Shown in pieces: positions 59,340-64,000 of a DNA stretch of 64,000 bases. Below the pieces are notes generated by a model. The model was not told the DNA's origin. It did not search any database and worked only from the letters and a program-made list of their open reading frames with translations. Location: positions 416,001 to 480,000 of the forward strand of contig CBDDIJ010000003.1 of NCBI GenBank assembly GCA_965228855.1, given 5' to 3'. The position numbers were made by a program, and so were the translations under genes. This stretch comes from Candidatus Obscuribacterales bacterium. GTDB taxonomy: Bacteria > Cyanobacteriota > Vampirovibrionia > Obscuribacterales > Obscuribacteraceae. How positions within the stretch are numbered: the stretch's first letter is position 1; each line of letters opens with the position of its first letter.

Positions 59340-59391
59340 TGTCTATCACTCGATGACGGATTTCGGCAAAAGCGTCATCGCATCGTAGACA
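59340..59391. repeat. Imperfect palindrome, copy B of the hairpin family (copy A at 29501-29552)
   Basis: TGTCTATCACTCGATGACG-N14-CGTCATCGCATCGTAGACA; 37/52 ungapped identity to copy A, counted by hand. Confidence 0.65.
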
Positions 59392-59476
59392 AGCAAATTG
59401 TCTGTACCCGCGAACCCTTATCCCGTCCGCTTTTTGCTTGCAGTCACCGAAATACGTGATGTTGGGAAATGGTGAT

Positions 59477-59520
59477 GAGTGGTGAAAGGCGCGCGAGAAA
59501 TCGAGGCGCCTTTCTGGTTT
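59477..59520. repeat. 44-bp hairpin direct repeat, copy 2 (just after the stop of the 59525 gene)
   Basis: GAGTGGTGAAAGGCGCGCGAGAAATCGAGGCGCCTTTCTGGTTT. Confidence 0.85.
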
Positions 59521-59524
59521 TACA

Positions 59525-60079
59525 CTACTTTTTAAAGCCTTTGAACCAGCCGCCGCCCTGACCCTGATCTTTTGTAGCGTCATAAGTTCCTGACGTTCTC
59601 GGGTTTTGCGCCTGACTGTGCTGTTCTTTTTCGCGCTCGGTCAGCATGACTGCGAGTAGGTCACGTTCAGATTCTCTCTGTTTCAATTGAGCTTGGATGT
59701 CGTTGAAGTTAGCTTGCAGCTCATCCACTTCTTTCAGTTTCTGCTCCAGAAGCGCAGTCACGCGCGCGAGGTCCTGATGAAGTTGCTTATTTTCGCGACT
59801 CTTATCTGACAGAAGCGCGCTCTGGTTCGAGAGTTCAGCCTTCAAATCCTGACCATCTCGCGCCATCATTTCCATTTCGCGAAGTTGCGTGGAGAGGACG
59901 ATGTTTCTCTCCTGCGCCTCGACAAGCTTGTCTTGCAGCTCGACGATCTTGGTGACCATCGCCTGAACGCTTGGAGGACTTCGATCTTCCGCTTTGGCTG
60001 TTTGCCCTTGTGCACCCTGTGCAGTCATTGTTCTACGTTTCGAAAAATAGTGGGAATTGGCCTTCAACCAATATGCCAC
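59525..60079 (-). CDS. Coiled-coil hypothetical protein (start uncertain)
   Basis: Continuous heptad pattern; C-terminal GGWFKGFKK. Confidence 0.7.
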   Translation of the reverse strand: MAYWLKANSHYFSKRRTMTAQGAQGQTAKAEDRSPPSVQAMVTKIVELQDKLVEAQERNIVLSTQLREMEMMARDGQDLKAELSNQSALLSDKSRENKQLHQDLARVTALLEQKLKEVDELQANFNDIQAQLKQRESERDLLAVMLTEREKEQHSQAQNPRTSGTYDATKDQGQGGGWFKGFKK

Positions 60080-60176
60080 GAGTTTTCATTAGTCAATCGA
60101 ATGGGTTATATTGTTCGTCCCGTATGTTTTTTTATCACATGCGGAAGGACTAATTGTACAGCCAGGTAATCTTAAA

Positions 60177-61298
60177 ATGAGCAATCTTGTCGTTAGTGGT
60201 GGGCACGTTTTGACCCCCGTTGGCGAGCGTTTCGCCGACGTTGTTGTCCGAGGCGGGCGCATAGTCGCGTTCTCTGATGCCACTTCTGATAATCTCGCTG
60301 TCGGTGAGAAGAACTCCGACGCTTCGCGCGTGCTCGACGCCACGGGATGTTATGTGACGCCCGGTCTGGTCGATTTGCAGGTCAATGGCGACGCTCATTG
60401 CGATCTCTGGGGAACACCGACTGATGCTGACTTGAGTGCGATGCGTTCTGCACTTGTCAGCGCCGGTGTAACCTCATTCTTGCCGACACTTATAACCGGT
60501 GATATCAAGCACATGCGTGCAAATGTCGACATGCTGACTGCTCGCGGTGCCGGCGTTCACGACAAGTGGAGCCAGGATTCATCGGGGGCGAGGATGGTCG
60601 GCATTCACCTTGAAGGTCCATGTTTGTCTGAAAAACGGCCGGGCGTTCATCCGCCGGAGCACATCGTCGCTCCGTCGATTGAGGTTTTCTCCAGGTTGGT
60701 CAACGATAGCGTGCGGCTTGTCACGATGGCATGCGAGCGTGATTCGGACAGCACCTGCACGAAGTGGTTGGAAAAGCACAATGTTGTTGTGTCCATCGGT
60801 CACTCGAACGCCACGTACGCGGAGGCTCGGAGCGCTTTCGAGGGCGGAGTTCGCATGATGACGCACACCTTTAATGCCATGGCGCCGTTGCATCACCGAG
60901 AACCAGGTGCTGTTTCAGCTGCTTTGCTGGATCGGCGTGTTTCTTGTTGCCTGATCGCGGACGGATTGCACTTGTCGCCTCAAGCGGTCGAATTGATTTA
61001 CCGTTTGAAAGGAGCCGACAAAGTTATTCTGGTAACGGACATCGCTCATATCGGCACCACTGGTGGTGACCTCGTCGGTTCCTCCATAACCCTGGACGCT
61101 GCTATTCGAAATGCAGTCACTTGGGGTATTGCGGGCTTTCGCGAAGCGATCTTGATGGGCAGTTATAACGCGGCCCGCTCAATCGGTTTAGAAAATGAAA
61201 TAGGAAATATTTGTCAGGGAGCGCTTGCCGACCTTATCCTCTGGGATAAGGAAACCCTTGCCATTAAGCAGGTTGTGCTCGGAGGGAATGTGCTTTAG
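60177..61298 (+). CDS. nagA: N-acetylglucosamine-6-phosphate deacetylase
   Basis: PGLVDLQVNG, GVTSFLPTLIT, GIHLEGP, GHSNAT, THTFNAM, IADGLH and VTD. Confidence 0.93.
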   Translation: MSNLVVSGGHVLTPVGERFADVVVRGGRIVAFSDATSDNLAVGEKNSDASRVLDATGCYVTPGLVDLQVNGDAHCDLWGTPTDADLSAMRSALVSAGVTSFLPTLITGDIKHMRANVDMLTARGAGVHDKWSQDSSGARMVGIHLEGPCLSEKRPGVHPPEHIVAPSIEVFSRLVNDSVRLVTMACERDSDSTCTKWLEKHNVVVSIGHSNATYAEARSAFEGGVRMMTHTFNAMAPLHHREPGAVSAALLDRRVSCCLIADGLHLSPQAVELIYRLKGADKVILVTDIAHIGTTGGDLVGSSITLDAAIRNAVTWGIAGFREAILMGSYNAARSIGLENEIGNICQGALADLILWDKETLAIKQVVLGGNVL

Positions 61299-62644
61299 CG
61301 ACCTTTGCCTCGCTTAAACAGTGACGAGATACCTGCGACGGCCGCACCTACGACGATACCACCAAGCACCTTCGATGTGGTCGACTTGAGAACAGCTCGA
61401 TCGCGAGGACGCCTCGCCGTTTTCGAGCTCCGGTCATCATCAGTTTCATCAGTTTCAGCAACGCTTGCAGTTTCAGTTTCAACGACCTGAGCCGCCTGTT
61501 TCTCTTCAATCTGAGCCGCCAGAGGATGGCTTTTGATCGCCTGTTTGATCGCTTCATCGCTGGCAACTCCGAGCAGTTTCAATAACTTGCTCGAAGCCAC
61601 GGGGTCGTTGAGAATGCGGTCCAAAGCGGCTTGAACTTCTTGATGGTTGGTGGCACCCGAACTTTTAAGGATGTCCAGCAGTCTTGGTGTGCCATCACTC
61701 GCAGCGTTGTTATTCAAATTGACAGTTTCAACTTGTCGACGAGGTGCGTTCTCCGTATGTTGCGGCGTGACTGGCGCGGCATCGGGTGGGCGAGAGACTC
61801 CCTCGCCTGCGCTGATAGTCGGCTGGGTGTAAAGTGGTGGCGCAAAACTTGGCGGTGCAAAAGCCCCTGACTGCTGCGGCAAACTACTGGTCTCGCTGTG
61901 CTGGCGGCTGTACATTCCAGAATCCTGGCTATGCGGGTTGGGCTGCGATTGCTGAAAGAATTCCTCTTCAACCTCCTGACCATAAATCTCGTCGGCGTCC
62001 TCCATCTCTGCGGCTCTGGCAAGAGACTCCTCTGCCTTAATCCAGTGGAGAAATGTAGAACGCAACTCGCTTATGCCTTCCTCGCGGCCGACACGACCCT
62101 CACGGATGTTACGCTGAATGCGCAAGATGCTTGGAAATAGTGAGGGTGAGAGCACTCCCTCGAGTACCAGAGCGCTGCCCAGCGGCATGCCTGATGAATA
62201 GCTCGTCATGAGTGCCTGATCGATTTGCTCTTGCGTGACTATGTCTGAATCAAGCAGTAATTCGGCCAACCGTTTTGAAGTCTGCTGAGTGTCTTCGCTG
62301 GAAGCGCCGATGTCCAGGAAGGTTCGCAGTGCGCGTCCGTCCTCGGCCGATTTGCGAAGCGCATCCACTGCGGCGCCTCGTGCGACCGTGCCCTCCCTTA
62401 TGAGCGCTTGTGCTTCAAGAGAAGCCTCCAGTACGTTGTCGGTTACACAGCGAGAAACCAAAAGCGCCTGTCCAATCGGCACTCCGAGGCGCCTGGACAC
62501 CTGAATCGCCTCGGTTAAATCGCCGGAAGTAATCACTCCAGCGTCGATTAGAAGCTCACCAAGCTTGATTTTATTGGCGGAAGAAGGCACGTTCGATTGG
62601 TCCTCGCTGCGACATGACAGGATGCTTACTGAAACCCTACCCAT
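61295..62644 (-). CDS. MshEN-like repeat protein with a low-complexity linker and C-terminal membrane anchor
   Basis: KLGELLIDAGVIT...L.EA, RLAELLLDSDIVTQEQIDQAL and PLGSALVLEG; C-terminal VLGGIVVGAAVAGISSLF. Confidence 0.7.
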   Translation of the reverse strand: MGRVSVSILSCRSEDQSNVPSSANKIKLGELLIDAGVITSGDLTEAIQVSRRLGVPIGQALLVSRCVTDNVLEASLEAQALIREGTVARGAAVDALRKSAEDGRALRTFLDIGASSEDTQQTSKRLAELLLDSDIVTQEQIDQALMTSYSSGMPLGSALVLEGVLSPSLFPSILRIQRNIREGRVGREEGISELRSTFLHWIKAEESLARAAEMEDADEIYGQEVEEEFFQQSQPNPHSQDSGMYSRQHSETSSLPQQSGAFAPPSFAPPLYTQPTISAGEGVSRPPDAAPVTPQHTENAPRRQVETVNLNNNAASDGTPRLLDILKSSGATNHQEVQAALDRILNDPVASSKLLKLLGVASDEAIKQAIKSHPLAAQIEEKQAAQVVETETASVAETDETDDDRSSKTARRPRDRAVLKSTTSKVLGGIVVGAAVAGISSLFKRGKGR

Positions 62645-62815
62645 GCTGGAGTTTCGTCAATCAGATCGACAAATTAAATGCTACTGTCGTTCCACTCCTG
62701 GGCAAAGAACTGTTATAGCCGTTTGGTGTCAGACTTTCCTTTCTAACAGTTTTCTTCAAGGCGGCTATAATTGCACTGCAAAGGGTCCAATACTTGCGTA
62801 TTTCGGCGGTTGGTT

Positions 62816-63838
62816 ATGAAAAAAGATTTTTCGATGGTTGTGAAACCTGTTGGAGTTGCCCTGGCGCTCAGCATCAGCTGTTGTGGTGTCTCGCTGGCAC
62901 AGGGGATGTCTGAGTACGCGGGAGTTACTTCTATTCCGAAGCCCATGCCGAAAACCAGTGGCATCGCAGGTGGTTTAAACAGTATCTATGGCGCGCCTGC
63001 CAAGCAAATGAACAATGCTGCACGAAGCGTTTCGACCGCAGGAAGAACCTCGTCCTCGGCTACTTCAGTTCGAACAGCTCAGGGCGCGCCAGCCAAGAAG
63101 GGCAAGCCGGCGATCATCATGTCTGGTGACTTACCCGGATCCGCAATCCAGGCACAGCGTGAAGCCGCGCTTGGAGTCAGCAAGGTCGCCAATGAGAGCT
63201 ACAAGGCGGGACTGGATGCGAAAAGCAAAGGGAAGCTCGATGAGGCCGAGAAGGACTTCCGCAAATCCGTAAATGCACGCATGCAGTACTGGTCTGAGCG
63301 AGACCACAAAATTCCCGATATCTTCGTCGAACTCGGCGAAATTAATGCCGCGCGTGGCAACGATCAAAAGGCGGTCGAGGATTTGCAACAGGCTCTTGCG
63401 TTTTACAGTAAATTTCACGGTCCGGGCTCTGATCACCGGTTGAAACCGCTGCTTCTGCTTTCTGAGAGTCAGTTCAAACTTGGCGAAAAAGCTAAGAGTT
63501 ACGAGTCGTATAAGCAAGCCTATCAGTTGGCAACGCGTGCGAAGTTGGATGCATACAATCCAGTTGTATTGCGCTTAAATACGGTAAAGAAAGCAATTGA
63601 AGTAAATAAATTCAGGGACGCATGCGAAATGTGCGAAATCGCCATGTCTAGTTCTGAAAAGCCTAAAATGAGTCAGGATCAGCTTCTGGCTCTTATGAAC
63701 GACTATGCGACTGCGCTCAGAGGTTTAAATCGTACTCGTGACGCCGAGGAAGTTTTAGCCGAGGCGGAGAAGATAAAAGGCTCAGGACCGGCGTCGACAC
63801 CGCAGCCGCCGTCCGGATCCGAGACGACGGCAAAGTAA
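62816..63838 (+). CDS. Secreted TPR protein
   Basis: Signal peptide ending in SLA and TPR-like helices such as ELGEINAARGNDQKAVEDLQQAL. Confidence 0.75.
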   Translation: MKKDFSMVVKPVGVALALSISCCGVSLAQGMSEYAGVTSIPKPMPKTSGIAGGLNSIYGAPAKQMNNAARSVSTAGRTSSSATSVRTAQGAPAKKGKPAIIMSGDLPGSAIQAQREAALGVSKVANESYKAGLDAKSKGKLDEAEKDFRKSVNARMQYWSERDHKIPDIFVELGEINAARGNDQKAVEDLQQALAFYSKFHGPGSDHRLKPLLLLSESQFKLGEKAKSYESYKQAYQLATRAKLDAYNPVVLRLNTVKKAIEVNKFRDACEMCEIAMSSSEKPKMSQDQLLALMNDYATALRGLNRTRDAEEVLAEAEKIKGSGPASTPQPPSGSETTAK

Positions 63839-64000
63839 TCTTCAGTTTCAAAATTTCGGTGATCACGTCAACGTCCGATGGCTATATATCGGGCGCTAGA
63901 TGGGCTTGACGAGCCACTGTTGTATTCAACAGTTACTTCGACGTGCCTCAAAATTACGATCTGGGAGTCGCCCCTAACCTGAGGTCCGTTGAATATGGAC

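Noticed and set aside
59178..59520. Possible CRISPR array
   Set aside because: Only two 44-bp repeats with a 168-bp spacer plus a hexamer microsatellite; no cas genes.

Overview
Gene-dense bacterial chromosomal window with about 50 CDS. I found no rRNA, tRNA, CRISPR array, transposase or prophage. The gene content suggests a non-photosynthetic cyanobacterial relative (Melainabacteria/Vampirovibrionia, Obscuribacterales-like); this is inference, based on a homologue of the cyanobacterial/plastid At5g03900 family, many TPR proteins, stand-alone MshEN-like repeat proteins and Ser/Thr kinases. Housekeeping genes include minCDE-rodA, dacB, kdsD, nagA, meaB, an MqnP/UbiA-type prenyltransferase, an M16 peptidase and an APC permease. 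The most notable region is a co-oriented, partly translationally coupled biosynthetic operon at 37045-46216 (- strand). It encodes a UbiA-like prenyltransferase, an RPH/PigC-type PEP-utilising dikinase fused in frame to a BtaA/DUF3419-like SAM transferase, a phytol/dolichol-kinase-like membrane enzyme, a GNAT-like protein, and an OleC-like adenylating enzyme with an in-frame TAA at codon 13. I know of no characterised product for this set. Other oddities: a candidate stand-alone structured ncRNA (17417-17632, -), a sigma-70 paralogue lacking region 4 and several melting aromatics, a TIGR02391/HEPN protein without its catalytic motif, a degenerate GGDEF protein next to a 4x MshEN protein, a CxxCGK...SLTQW...CxC module on two kinases, a dispersed 52-nt hairpin family with compensatory changes, and a 19-mer shared between two promoter regions. 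All family assignments come from recalled motifs, not database searches.
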